Source of the DNA: Bacteroidota bacterium
GTDB taxonomy: Bacteria > Bacteroidota > Bacteroidia > JAADEI01
Reading direction: 5' to 3'
Length of the DNA: 59,643 nt
Assembly (NCBI GenBank): GCA_026992635.1
Contig: JALWYU010000048.1
Location: forward strand, 1-59,643
Made by a program: the position numbers and the translations under genes. The notes below the pieces were generated by a model, which saw only the letters and a list, made by a program, of their open reading frames with translations, searched no databases and had not been told where the DNA came from. Shown piece by piece: positions 1 to 9,073 of the stretch; positions within the stretch are counted from its first letter, which is position 1, and each line of letters begins with the position of its first letter.

Positions 1-42
1 CCCCCAATTCTCTCAAATTTTTGGCTTTGATAAGCTGGTGGG

Positions 43-1017
43 ATGGTGGTTTGTCGTGAGGAGTTGTGGAGATTGGTTCCGTATTACAGGGTGTTGGGAG
101 GTGGTTGTCGGTTGTCGGATCTGGTAGGGATGTTTCCGGGTTTGGTGACGGGTCGGTGGACTTCGGGTGAGTGGCTTCGTTTTTTGCAGTGGCGGGATGC
201 GTATGTGTTGGGCAGGCCGGTGTATGTGGGAGGTGTGTTGATGCCGTTTGGGGATATTGCGCTGGAGGTTCCGGTGGGTGTGTTTTTTCCGCGAGTGGAG
301 ACGGAGTGGCTGGCGTTGATGTTGTGCTGGTTGGGTGAGGAGGTGGGTGTTCCGCGGTTGCTGGTGGATGGGTGTACGGGGAGTGGTGCGCTGGCATTGC
401 AGTTTCAGTACCGGTTTCGGGGTGTGGAGGTTGTGGGTGTGGATTGGTCGGAGGAGGCGGTACGTTGTGCCTGTCGGAATGCGGTACGTTTGGGATTGGG
501 TGCGGTGTTTGTTCGGGATAGGTGTCCGGGAGGTCGTAGTAGTTGGGGCTGGGTGCGCAAGAGGGGTGTTTGGTGGTTGGTGGCGAATCCCCCGTATGTT
601 TTGCCGGATGAGGTGGGTGTGGTGGGGGTTACGGTTCGCTGGTATGATCCGGTGGATGCCTGGCGTTTATCAGGTGGATTGGATCTGGTGTATAATCTGG
701 TGGAGTGGGCGGTGGTGAATGGTGCGGGTTTGTTGCTGGTGGAGTTGAGTGGTCGGATTGCAAGGCGTGTGTGGCGGGATTGTACAGGTTGGTGGGGGGG
801 AAAGGTTGGTGAGTATGTGTTTTGCATTGTGCCGGACATGCGGAATATTCCGCGGTATTTGTTGGGTATCAATGTGGGCGTGTATTGTGAGGAGGAGGTT
901 TTGGATGCGTTGTCCCGGTTTTTTAGTGGTCGGGGTGTGGTTTTTGCGAACCTTTTTGGAGAAAAAGAAGTTGTTCAGGAAAGGGAGGGAGAGGGCTGTG
1001 TGAGGCAGGGGTCGTAA
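43..1017 (+). CDS. prmC: HemK/PrmC-family N5-glutamine methyltransferase (divergent)
   Basis: FFPRVETE (cf. LIPRPETE), SAM-binding DGCTGSG and catalytic NPPY motifs; very V/G/R/W-rich. Confidence 0.75.
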   Translation: MVVCREELWRLVPYYRVLGGGCRLSDLVGMFPGLVTGRWTSGEWLRFLQWRDAYVLGRPVYVGGVLMPFGDIALEVPVGVFFPRVETEWLALMLCWLGEEVGVPRLLVDGCTGSGALALQFQYRFRGVEVVGVDWSEEAVRCACRNAVRLGLGAVFVRDRCPGGRSSWGWVRKRGVWWLVANPPYVLPDEVGVVGVTVRWYDPVDAWRLSGGLDLVYNLVEWAVVNGAGLLLVELSGRIARRVWRDCTGWWGGKVGEYVFCIVPDMRNIPRYLLGINVGVYCEEEVLDALSRFFSGRGVVFANLFGEKEVVQEREGEGCVRQGS

Positions 1018-1030
1018 AACGTGTAAGGTC

Positions 1031-1714
1031 ATGGAAGGTTTTTCGGGGAATCATCGGGAGAAACGGAGTGCGTCTTTTGTGAAGGAGGGAGATCGGGAGC
1101 AGGGAGCGGTTCGGGATAGTCAGGAGATTACGGAGCGTTTTGAGTACAATACGTTGCGTTCGCCGTTGCGTTATCCGCATGTGGGTCGGATATTTTTTCG
1201 GTTGGCGGAGGAAGCGGTGCGTGTAGGGGAGGATGATGAGGCACGTGCGAAGTTGTGTGCGGCGTTGATTGAGTCGGTGTTGCGTGCGCAGAATCGTCAG
1301 GGTGGTCGGATTCCGGAGGAGCGTTATCAGGAGATGTGGTCGGTGTTATTGAGTGGGCTGGGTGGGGCGTTGCGTGTTGCGCCGTGGGCGTTACCGATTC
1401 GGGGTGAGGAGAGTCAGGACGGGGAGACACCGGTGCGTATGGCGTATCCGCAGAGTGAGGAGGGCGTGGATCATGGTTTGGGGAGGATTGTGTATCGGTG
1501 GATTCGTGCGATTGAGGAGGTGGAGGATGCGGGTCGTCGTACGATTTATGCGACGGCGCTGGCGAATTTTTTGAAGTTTCAGATTCGGAAGTGGCAGGGG
1601 CGTCCCGCGAATGAGGAGACCTTAGAGGAGTACATGCGGATGTTGTCTCGGGGCACGTTGAAGCCGGATTTTCGGATACGGATTCCGAAGAGTGCTGATC
1701 GGAATCAGCGTTAG
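1031..1714 (+). CDS. DUF4290-domain protein
   Basis: EYNTLRSPLRYPHVGR resembles the DUF4290 N-terminal YNT..L..PEYGR motif; sits directly upstream of murA as in other Bacteroidota. Confidence 0.65.
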   Translation: MEGFSGNHREKRSASFVKEGDREQGAVRDSQEITERFEYNTLRSPLRYPHVGRIFFRLAEEAVRVGEDDEARAKLCAALIESVLRAQNRQGGRIPEERYQEMWSVLLSGLGGALRVAPWALPIRGEESQDGETPVRMAYPQSEEGVDHGLGRIVYRWIRAIEEVEDAGRRTIYATALANFLKFQIRKWQGRPANEETLEEYMRMLSRGTLKPDFRIRIPKSADRNQR

Positions 1715-1722
1715 GTGTGTAG

Positions 1723-3051
1723 ATGGGTACGGCGTTCGTAGTGGAAGGGGGTTATCGGTTGTCGGGGGAGATTGTTCCGCAGGGTGCGAAGAATGAGGCA
1801 TTGCAGGTTTTGTGTGGGAGTTTGTTGACGGATCGTCCTGTGGTGATTCGTCGTGTTCCGCGGATTCGGGATGTGGAGTATTTGCTGGAGGCGATGAAGG
1901 CGTTGGGTGTAGAGGTTTCGTATTTGGCACGGGATGTGGTTCGGGTTCATGCGCGGGAGGTTCATTGGGAGGGGATGCGTACGGATGCGTTTCGTCGTGC
2001 GATTCGTCGGATTCGTGGTGGCGTGATGCTTGTGGGTCCGGTTCTGGTTCGTACGGGTTGTGCGGTGTTGCCGCAGCCTGGGGGTGATCGGATTGGTCGT
2101 CGTCGTTTGGATACGCATTTGGAGGGATTGCGTCAGTTGGGTGTGGATGTGGAGTATCGGTCTGGAGAGCGGGAGTACTGGTTTCGTGTGGGTCGGTGGG
2201 CGTCGGGTGGTGTACGTGTTTGGTTTTGGGAGCCGTCGGTGACGGGCACGGCGAATGTTTTGATGGCGGCGACGGCGTGTTCGTTTCCGGTGGAGTTGTA
2301 TCATTGTGCTTGTGAGCCGTATGTTCAGCAGTTGTGTCGGTTTCTTCGGCGGTTGGGGTATCGGATAGAGGGGGTAGGGACGAATCGTTTACGGTTGGTG
2401 GGGTATGACCCGCCGTCGGGTTCGGATCCATTTTCGCATGATTTGCAGCCAGATATGATAGAGATTGGGAGTTTTATTGGTTTGGCGGCGATGACGCAGT
2501 CGGATATTCGGATTCGGGATGCGATGCCCGATCAGATTCCCAATATTTTGCGGGTGTTTGCGCGGTTGGGGATTGATTTTCGGATAGAGGGGGATACGAT
2601 TCATGTGCCGGCTCAGGAGGTATATGAGGTTCAGCCGTTTGCCGATGGGTCAATTTTGACGGTGTATGATGCGCCGTGGCCGGGATTTCCTGCGGATTTA
2701 TTGAGTGTGGTGCTGGTTACGGCGGTTCAGGCACGGGGTACAGTGTTGATTCATCAGAAGATGTTTGAGAGCCGGTTGTTTTTTGTGGATTCGCTGATAG
2801 ATATGGGTGCGCAGATTATTTTGTGCGATCCGCATCGTGCGACGGTAGTGGGGCTTGCGCGTCGTGTTGCGTTGCGCCCTGTGGAGATGTCGTCGCCGGA
2901 TATTCGTGCTGGGATTGCGATGTTGATTGCAGCCTTATCGGCGTCGGGCACGAGTATAATTCGGAATGCGCATCAGATTGATCGGGGGTATGAAGCGATA
3001 GATGTTCGGCTTCGTCGGCTGGGTGCACGGATTGAGCGGATAGAGGAATGA
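1723..3051 (+). CDS. murA: UDP-N-acetylglucosamine 1-carboxyvinyltransferase
   Basis: GAKNEAL, PGGDRIGRR, SVTGTAN, PWPGFPAD, FESR, SPDIRAG, IDRGYE motifs. Confidence 0.97.
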   Translation: MGTAFVVEGGYRLSGEIVPQGAKNEALQVLCGSLLTDRPVVIRRVPRIRDVEYLLEAMKALGVEVSYLARDVVRVHAREVHWEGMRTDAFRRAIRRIRGGVMLVGPVLVRTGCAVLPQPGGDRIGRRRLDTHLEGLRQLGVDVEYRSGEREYWFRVGRWASGGVRVWFWEPSVTGTANVLMAATACSFPVELYHCACEPYVQQLCRFLRRLGYRIEGVGTNRLRLVGYDPPSGSDPFSHDLQPDMIEIGSFIGLAAMTQSDIRIRDAMPDQIPNILRVFARLGIDFRIEGDTIHVPAQEVYEVQPFADGSILTVYDAPWPGFPADLLSVVLVTAVQARGTVLIHQKMFESRLFFVDSLIDMGAQIILCDPHRATVVGLARRVALRPVEMSSPDIRAGIAMLIAALSASGTSIIRNAHQIDRGYEAIDVRLRRLGARIERIEE

Positions 3052-4820
3052 CGGTGTTGCAGACGGTTACTTTGGTGATTACGCTGGGTTTGATTTTGAC
3101 GCTGGCAGTTACGCGGTTTAAGCCGTTTCATGTGTTTCTGGTGGGTGTGTTGAGTTTATTGTTTACGGGGGTGTTGACGATTGAGGAGGCGACGATGGGT
3201 TTTTCCAATCGTGGTGTGATTACGTTGTTTTTGGTTTTGGCGTTTTCCCAGGTATTTCGTGGCAGTGCTTTGTTGCATCGGTTGTTGGGTCGGTTGTTTC
3301 ATGAAGGGGTTTCGTATGCGGGGTTTGTTGTTCGGTCGGGTATGGTGTTGGCGCCGATCTCAGCGGTGATGAGCAATACGTTGTTGATGGCGGTTACGCT
3401 TCCGTACATTGTGGAGTGGTCGCGCAGGAAGGGTTTGGTCCCTTCGCGGGTGTTGTTACCGTTGGCGTCGTTGATCATTGCGGGGGGGACGTTGACGTTG
3501 ATTGGGACGTCGTCGCATTTGGTGATTGCGGGTTTTGCCCGGACGCAGGATCCACCGGTGGAAATTCCGGTGTTTGCATTGTTGCCTGTGGGTGTTGTGG
3601 TTTTGGTGGTTGTGGTGGTGTACTGGTTGGTAATGGGCTGGCGGTTATTGCCGGTTCGCCGTGATCCGCGAGAGACTGTAGAGGGCAATTTTCGGCAGTA
3701 TACGGCGGAGGCACGGGTTTTACCGGATTCGCCTTTAGTAGGTCAGACGGTTGCGCGTGCGCGTCTTCGGCATTTGCGACGGCTTTTTCTGGTGGAGATT
3801 TTACGGGGTGATGAGCGGATTTATCCGGTGAAGCCGGCGGATGTGATTCAGGCGGGGGATATTCTGGTGTTTGTGGGTACGCCAGAGGCGATCTTGGAGC
3901 TGACACAGGTTCATCCGGGTTTGGAGATTGGTGGGTTGTTTGCGCGTCGTCGGTTTCCGAGTATGGATGTGGTGGAGGCGGTGATTCCCTTGAATTCTAC
4001 GTTAGCGCGTCGTCGGTTGCGGGATACGCAATTTCGTGCCCGGTTTGATGCGGCGGTGATTGCCATTCATCGGCATGGTGAGCCGTTGCGTGGAGGTCTG
4101 GGGAACATTGTGTTGCAGTCTGGGGATTTGTTGTTGTTGTTGACGGGTCCGGATTTTTGGGCGCGAGTTCGGAATGAGACGGACTTGTATGTGATTGGGA
4201 AGGTGGGTCAGCTGTATCGGTTGAAGGGTGTGCAGGACTGGTTTTTGTATGGGGTGTTTTTGGTGGCGATAGGGTTGTCGGCTTTGGGTGTGGTGTCGTT
4301 GCCTGTGGCGTTGGCAGGGGCGCTGGCGTTGCTAACGGTTTTTCGGATCCTTTCTCTGAATGATTTGCGTACGGGGATTGATTGGCCACTGGTTTTGGTG
4401 ACGGCGTTGTCGATTCCAATTGGGTATGCGTTTGTGAAGGTAGGGTTAGTGGATCGGTGGGTGTCGTGGTTGGCGAATACGGTTTCGTTGACGCCGTGGT
4501 GGTGGCTTGTGATTGTGTATGGTTTAGGTATGGTCTTGACGGAGTTGACGTTCAATGTTGGGGCGGCGGCGCTGATGGCGCCCATAGCGATTCAGGTTGC
4601 CCGGGTTTGCGGGTCGGCACCGGAGCCGTTTCTTTTGTCGGCGATGTTTTCGGTTGCGTTAAGTTTTTTGACGCCGTATGGGTATCAGGTGAATTTGATG
4701 GTGATGGGTCCGGGTGGTTACCGGTTTGTAGATTATTTGCGGGCGGGCTTTCCGCTGACTGTGATTTTCCTTTTTTTGATTCCCACTTTGCTTTACGTTC
4801 TGTATTGGAAAGGGGCGTAG
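3048..4820 (+). CDS. SLC13/DASS-family permease with TrkA-C (RCK-C) domains, probable sulfate transporter
   Basis: [11 protein letters not shown], two central TrkA-C repeats, [22 protein letters not shown]; first gene of the sulfate-activation cluster. Confidence 0.88.
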   Translation: MTVLQTVTLVITLGLILTLAVTRFKPFHVFLVGVLSLLFTGVLTIEEATMGFSNRGVITLFLVLAFSQVFRGSALLHRLLGRLFHEGVSYAGFVVRSGMVLAPISAVMSNTLLMAVTLPYIVEWSRRKGLVPSRVLLPLASLIIAGGTLTLIGTSSHLVIAGFARTQDPPVEIPVFALLPVGVVVLVVVVVYWLVMGWRLLPVRRDPRETVEGNFRQYTAEARVLPDSPLVGQTVARARLRHLRRLFLVEILRGDERIYPVKPADVIQAGDILVFVGTPEAILELTQVHPGLEIGGLFARRRFPSMDVVEAVIPLNSTLARRRLRDTQFRARFDAAVIAIHRHGEPLRGGLGNIVLQSGDLLLLLTGPDFWARVRNETDLYVIGKVGQLYRLKGVQDWFLYGVFLVAIGLSALGVVSLPVALAGALALLTVFRILSLNDLRTGIDWPLVLVTALSIPIGYAFVKVGLVDRWVSWLANTVSLTPWWWLVIVYGLGMVLTELTFNVGAAALMAPIAIQVARVCGSAPEPFLLSAMFSVALSFLTPYGYQVNLMVMGPGGYRFVDYLRAGFPLTVIFLFLIPTLLYVLYWKGA

Positions 4821-4822
4821 AG

Positions 4823-5479
4823 ATGGCGGGCATGAGTCGGGAAAAACGGATTGTCATTCCGCATCGGCATCGCGTTCAGAAGAAGGATCGGATTGCGCGG
4901 TATGGTTATCGTCCTGCGATTTTGTGGTTTACGGGCTTGTCGGGTTCGGGCAAGTCCACGTTGGCGTCTCGTGTTGAGGAGGTGCTTTTTTATCAGTATG
5001 GTTGCCATACGTACATTCTGGATGGGGATAATATTCGGACGGGTTTGAATCGGGATTTGGGGTTTTCGCCGGAGGATCGTGAGGAGAACATTCGGCGGGT
5101 GGGGGAGGTGGCACGTCTTTTTGTGGATGCGGGTTTGATTGTGTTGACTGCGTTTATTTCTCCGTATCGTCGTGATCGGGATCGGGTACGTGGTTTGGTT
5201 GAGCCGGGTGAGTTTATAGAGATTTACGTGCATTGTCCGCTGGAGGTGTGTGAGCAGCGTGATGTGAAGGGTTTGTACAAGCGTGCGCGGGCTGGTGAGA
5301 TTCCCAATTTTACGGGGATTTCGGATCCGTATGAGGAGCCGTTAAATCCGGAGATTGTGGTTCACACGCACTTAGAAGATGTGGAGACGTGTACAGCTCG
5401 GATTATTCGTTATCTGGAAGAGCATGGGTATATTTCGTTGTCGGGGAAAGTGGCTTCATCTGAAAGTGGGGATTCATGA
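4823..5479 (+). CDS. cysC: adenylyl-sulfate (APS) kinase
   Basis: [13 protein letters not shown]-loop, [25 protein letters not shown]; start moved to ATG 4823 after the permease stop. Confidence 0.96.
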   Translation: MAGMSREKRIVIPHRHRVQKKDRIARYGYRPAILWFTGLSGSGKSTLASRVEEVLFYQYGCHTYILDGDNIRTGLNRDLGFSPEDREENIRRVGEVARLFVDAGLIVLTAFISPYRRDRDRVRGLVEPGEFIEIYVHCPLEVCEQRDVKGLYKRARAGEIPNFTGISDPYEEPLNPEIVVHTHLEDVETCTARIIRYLEEHGYISLSGKVASSESGDS

Positions 5480-6627
5480 ATACGCCGCATGGAGGTGAGC
5501 TGGTACAGCGGTGGGTACGTTCGCCGTCGTCGGAGGAGCTGGAGCGGTTTCGTCGGGATTTTCGGACAGTGGCTGTGTTGCATGAGCGGTTTGTGATTGA
5601 TGCGCTGGCGATTGCTCAGGGGATTTACAGTCCGTTGCGTGGTTTTTTGGGCAAGGCGGATGTAGAGCGCGTCATAGAGGAGTTTCGTTTAGCGGATGGG
5701 ACGCCTTGGGCGATTCCGATTGTCTTGCCGGTTTTGGAGCCGGAGCTGGTTCCGGAGGGTCGCGTATTGTTGACGTGGTTAGAGCAGCCGTTTGCGTGGA
5801 TGGAGGTGCGTGAGGTGTATCGTATACCTATGAAGCGGTTTGTGCAGGGTGTATTTGGCACGGATGATGTGCGTCATCCGGGTGTGGATTTCTGGACGGG
5901 TTTGACGGATTGCTGGTTTGTTGCGGGTGAGGTCAGTGTGTTTCGTTCGCCGTTGCCTTTGCCGGTGGATGCCCGGTATTTGTTGAGTCCTGTGCAGGTT
6001 CGTGAGGCGATACGTCGTCGTGGTTGGAAGCGTATTGTGGCGTTTCAGACGAGAAATCCCATACATCGTGCGCATGAATATTTGATCAAGTGTGCGCTGG
6101 AGATGATGGATGGGGTATTGATTCATCCGCTGGTGGGTGCGACGAAGCAGGATGACATTCCGGCGTCTGTCCGAATGCAGTGTTATGAGGTGTTGTTGAA
6201 GAATTATTTTCCGGAGTCCACAATGTTGCTCAGTGCGCTGTATGCGAATATGCATTATGCGGGTCCGCGTGAAGCGATTCATCACATGATTATGCGGAAG
6301 AATTTTGGGTGCACGCATATGATTATAGGTCGGGATCATGCGGGTGTGGGGAATTATTATGGACCGTATGATGCGCAGGAGCTGGCGCGTGCGTGGAGTT
6401 CGGAGTTGGGGATTGAGCCCATTTGCTTTGAGCATGCGTTTTATTGTCGGCGTTGTGGGAGTACGGCGACGCGCAAGACGTGTCCGCATCCCGAATCAGA
6501 TCATTTGCATTTAAGTGGGACGGAGTTACGTCGTCGGTTGCGTTCTGGCGAGCCGATTCCTGAGGAGTTTTCGCGAAAAGAGGTGCTTGCCATTTTGCGC
6601 AGCTGGGTTCAAAGTGCGAGTGATTGA
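5476..6627 (+). CDS. sat: sulfate adenylyltransferase (Sat-type ATP sulfurylase)
   Basis: PHGG N-terminus, [28 protein letters not shown]-terminal CxxC..CPH zinc site. Confidence 0.96.
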   Translation: MNTPHGGELVQRWVRSPSSEELERFRRDFRTVAVLHERFVIDALAIAQGIYSPLRGFLGKADVERVIEEFRLADGTPWAIPIVLPVLEPELVPEGRVLLTWLEQPFAWMEVREVYRIPMKRFVQGVFGTDDVRHPGVDFWTGLTDCWFVAGEVSVFRSPLPLPVDARYLLSPVQVREAIRRRGWKRIVAFQTRNPIHRAHEYLIKCALEMMDGVLIHPLVGATKQDDIPASVRMQCYEVLLKNYFPESTMLLSALYANMHYAGPREAIHHMIMRKNFGCTHMIIGRDHAGVGNYYGPYDAQELARAWSSELGIEPICFEHAFYCRRCGSTATRKTCPHPESDHLHLSGTELRRRLRSGEPIPEEFSRKEVLAILRSWVQSASD

Positions 6628-6700
6628 TTTTTGCAGGTTGGGGATTGAAAACTTTTTCCTGGATTGAGTGCAGGGGTGGCATGGAAAAATCCTGTCTGGC

Positions 6701-7603
6701 ATGAAGAACATAGAGAAGCTGGCGGAGCTGGCGATACGTGCGGGGATTGCCGGGGGTGTGGAGGTGTTGCGTGTGTATGAGCGTCCTGCGGAGGTATGGC
6801 GTAAGCAGGACACCTCGCCTGTGACGGAGGCGGATCTTCGTTCGCATCGTGCGATTGTTGAGGTGCTGAAGGAGAGCCGGATTACGGTGATCAGTGAAGA
6901 GGGGAAGTTGTCGCCGTCTAAGCGCAGGGGGAAGAAGCGCTTTTGGCTGGTGGATCCCTTAGATGGTACGCGTGAGTTTCTGGATCGGAATGGTGAGTTT
7001 TGTGTTTTGGTGGCGTACATAGAGGAGGGTCGTCCGCAAATCGGCGTGTTGTACATTCCGATTACAGATGTGCTGTACGTAGCGGTACGTCCGCTGGATC
7101 GGGTATTTCGGATACGGGGTGCCCGGTATTTGCAGCCGCTGGTGCAGAGTTATGCGGATTGGGAAGCCAGTTCTGAGCCGTTTCGCAGGGAGGTGCGTTA
7201 TGGGGATAGTGGTTTGCAGGTTGCGGTGAGTCGTTCTCACCTGGATAAGTTGACGGCTTCGTTTGTGGAACGGCTTTCGGAGCATGTGTTGAATGTGCAT
7301 GCTTATCCGCGGGGCAGTGCGATTAAGTTTCTGGATGTGGCGCGGCATCGTGCGGATTTGTATCCGAGGATGGCGCCTACGCATATTTGGGATGTGGCGG
7401 CGGGCATGCTGTTTGTGGAGATGATGGGTGGCGTGATTGATACGCCTGCAGGTTTGGAGTTTGCGTCGGACAGGGAGCGGGAAGTGTTACCGGGGTTTAT
7501 TGCCTGGGCGAATGAAAAGGTTCGTGCGCGGGTTTTGCGTGCTCTGGGAATAGAGAGTCTGGAGGAGTTGTGGCGAGGGTATTTGCCTGAGGCACTTTCT
7601 TGA
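6701..7603 (+). CDS. cysQ: 3'(2'),5'-bisphosphate nucleotidase
   Basis: KQDTSPVTEAD, SEE, FWLVDPLDGTREF, SRSH, WDVAAG motifs; start at 6701 is an estimate. Confidence 0.9.
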   Translation: MKNIEKLAELAIRAGIAGGVEVLRVYERPAEVWRKQDTSPVTEADLRSHRAIVEVLKESRITVISEEGKLSPSKRRGKKRFWLVDPLDGTREFLDRNGEFCVLVAYIEEGRPQIGVLYIPITDVLYVAVRPLDRVFRIRGARYLQPLVQSYADWEASSEPFRREVRYGDSGLQVAVSRSHLDKLTASFVERLSEHVLNVHAYPRGSAIKFLDVARHRADLYPRMAPTHIWDVAAGMLFVEMMGGVIDTPAGLEFASDREREVLPGFIAWANEKVRARVLRALGIESLEELWRGYLPEALS

Positions 7604-7616
7604 GGTAGTGGGTAGA

Positions 7617-8405
7617 ATGGGTTTGTGGTTTTGGAAGGGGGAAGCCAGTGGTAACGATTTCGTTGTGCTGGTGGATGAGGAGGTGGATGAGGAGGTGGTT
7701 CGTCGGTTGTGCGATCGGCATCGTGGGATTGGGTCTGATGGGTTGCTGGTGCTTACGCGTGGTGAGGGGGAAACTCCGGTGTTTCGTATGCGGTTTTGGA
7801 ATCCAGATGGGTCGGTTGCAACGTTTTGCGGGAATGGTGCACGGGTTGCGTTGCTGGTTGCGGGTCGGCTGGGGTGGATTTCTCCGGGGCGAGTATGCTG
7901 GTTTGAAGCGGCAGATGGCATGCATCGTGGGTGGTGGGAGCCGGCTGGTTCGGGTTGTTGGTCAGGGGGTCGTGCAGGTGTGAGTTTGCGGATTCGGACG
8001 AGTCGTCAGCTGGATTCCGAAGCGGTTTACGTACACAGTGGCACGCATCATGTTCTGGTTCGTGTTTCTCGGGGCAATGATGAGTTGTTTCGGCGGGCTG
8101 TAGCTCGTTGGCGGTGGGCACGTTCTGTAAGTCCTGAAGGGACGAACGTGAGCATATACTGGGAAGAGGGAGGGAAGGTGCATATTCGTACGTATGAAAA
8201 AGGTGTGGAAGGGGAGACGCTTTCCTGTGGGACGGCGGTGGCGGCGCTGGGCTGGTGGATCAGTGAGCAGTCATCAGGACGAACGTTTGTCGCGATTTGG
8301 ACTCGGGGTGGCGAGCTGGTCTGGCGTCCAATAGATCGGTTCCAGGGTTGGTTAGAGGGTGCTGCCCAGTTGGTTTTTCGGGGTGAGTGGATTGGTGGCG
8401 TGTGA
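7617..8405 (+). CDS. dapF: diaminopimelate epimerase
   Basis: GNDF, CDRHRGIGSDG, NPDGS..FCGNGAR, RTYEKGVEGETLSCGT. Confidence 0.92.
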   Translation: MGLWFWKGEASGNDFVVLVDEEVDEEVVRRLCDRHRGIGSDGLLVLTRGEGETPVFRMRFWNPDGSVATFCGNGARVALLVAGRLGWISPGRVCWFEAADGMHRGWWEPAGSGCWSGGRAGVSLRIRTSRQLDSEAVYVHSGTHHVLVRVSRGNDELFRRAVARWRWARSVSPEGTNVSIYWEEGGKVHIRTYEKGVEGETLSCGTAVAALGWWISEQSSGRTFVAIWTRGGELVWRPIDRFQGWLEGAAQLVFRGEWIGGV

Positions 8406-8474
8406 GGTTGTGAATACGCAAAGGGCTGGATTATCCGTTGGCAGGAATAAAAAACAGGTGCGGAAAGGTAAGGG

Positions 8475-8960
8475 ATGTTCAAGGGGAAGCGGAGAGTGGT
8501 TCACGGGGTGCTGGAGGTTGCCTTCATTCTGAGTGTGGTTGGGTTCGTGGGTACGGGGAGTGGTTGTCGTCGTACGAGTCAGTATCCGGTAGAGCCAATC
8601 ATAGATTCTGTTCATTTGTCCAGTCGGTGGGTGCGTGCCGGGAATGACACACTGCTTATTTTCATTTACGTTCGGGATGGGGACGGGGACTTGGGTCGGG
8701 CACCTACGGATACGACTCGCGACCTGTTTGTTCAGGACTTGCGAACGGGCTTTACCTATACCTACCAGATGCCAATGGTTGATCCTGTAGCGAGTTACCG
8801 GGGAGTGGAAGCGACAATCGTGGTAGAATTTGTGAACCTGCTGTTGTGTCGGCCGGGCTTTCGGGAGGATTCGACACGGTTGGAGATCTGGCTGCGTGAT
8901 CGGGCGGGACACGAGAGTAATCGGGTTCGGACGGATGTGATACGGATTGGGTGTTTGTAG
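8475..8960 (+). CDS. hypothetical lipoprotein
   Basis: Basic N-terminus, hydrophobic stretch and GSGC lipobox-like site; DGDGDLG and DRAGHESN motifs recall small Bacteroidota lipoproteins. Confidence 0.6.
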   Translation: MFKGKRRVVHGVLEVAFILSVVGFVGTGSGCRRTSQYPVEPIIDSVHLSSRWVRAGNDTLLIFIYVRDGDGDLGRAPTDTTRDLFVQDLRTGFTYTYQMPMVDPVASYRGVEATIVVEFVNLLLCRPGFREDSTRLEIWLRDRAGHESNRVRTDVIRIGCL

Positions 8961-9070
8961 GGGATTTGGTTGGGCTGGGGTTCGGCGCTGGTTTTCAGGG
9001 AGTTATGGCGCCCTGCAGGGCGCCATAACTCCCTGAAAACCAGCGCCGAACCCCAGCCCAACCAAATCCC
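8961..9070. repeat. perfect 110-bp palindrome (55-bp arms, no loop)
   Basis: GGGATTTGGTTGGG...GGCGCCCTG|CAGGGCGCC...CCCAACCAAATCCC; exact self-complement with centre between 9015 and 9016; flanking bases 8960/9071 do not pair. Confidence 0.98.
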
Positions 9071-9073
9071 AAC

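Noticed and set aside
1622-2431. Long antisense P/T/H-rich ORFs (also 5779-6489, 47821-48483, and the off-frame 52107-53471)
   Set aside because: Shadow ORFs: the C/A-rich minus strand is poor in stop codons, and each overlaps a well-supported gene.
4382-4822. 147-aa N-terminal extension of CysC in the ORF track
   Set aside because: Overlaps the permease in another frame; homology starts after ATG 4823.
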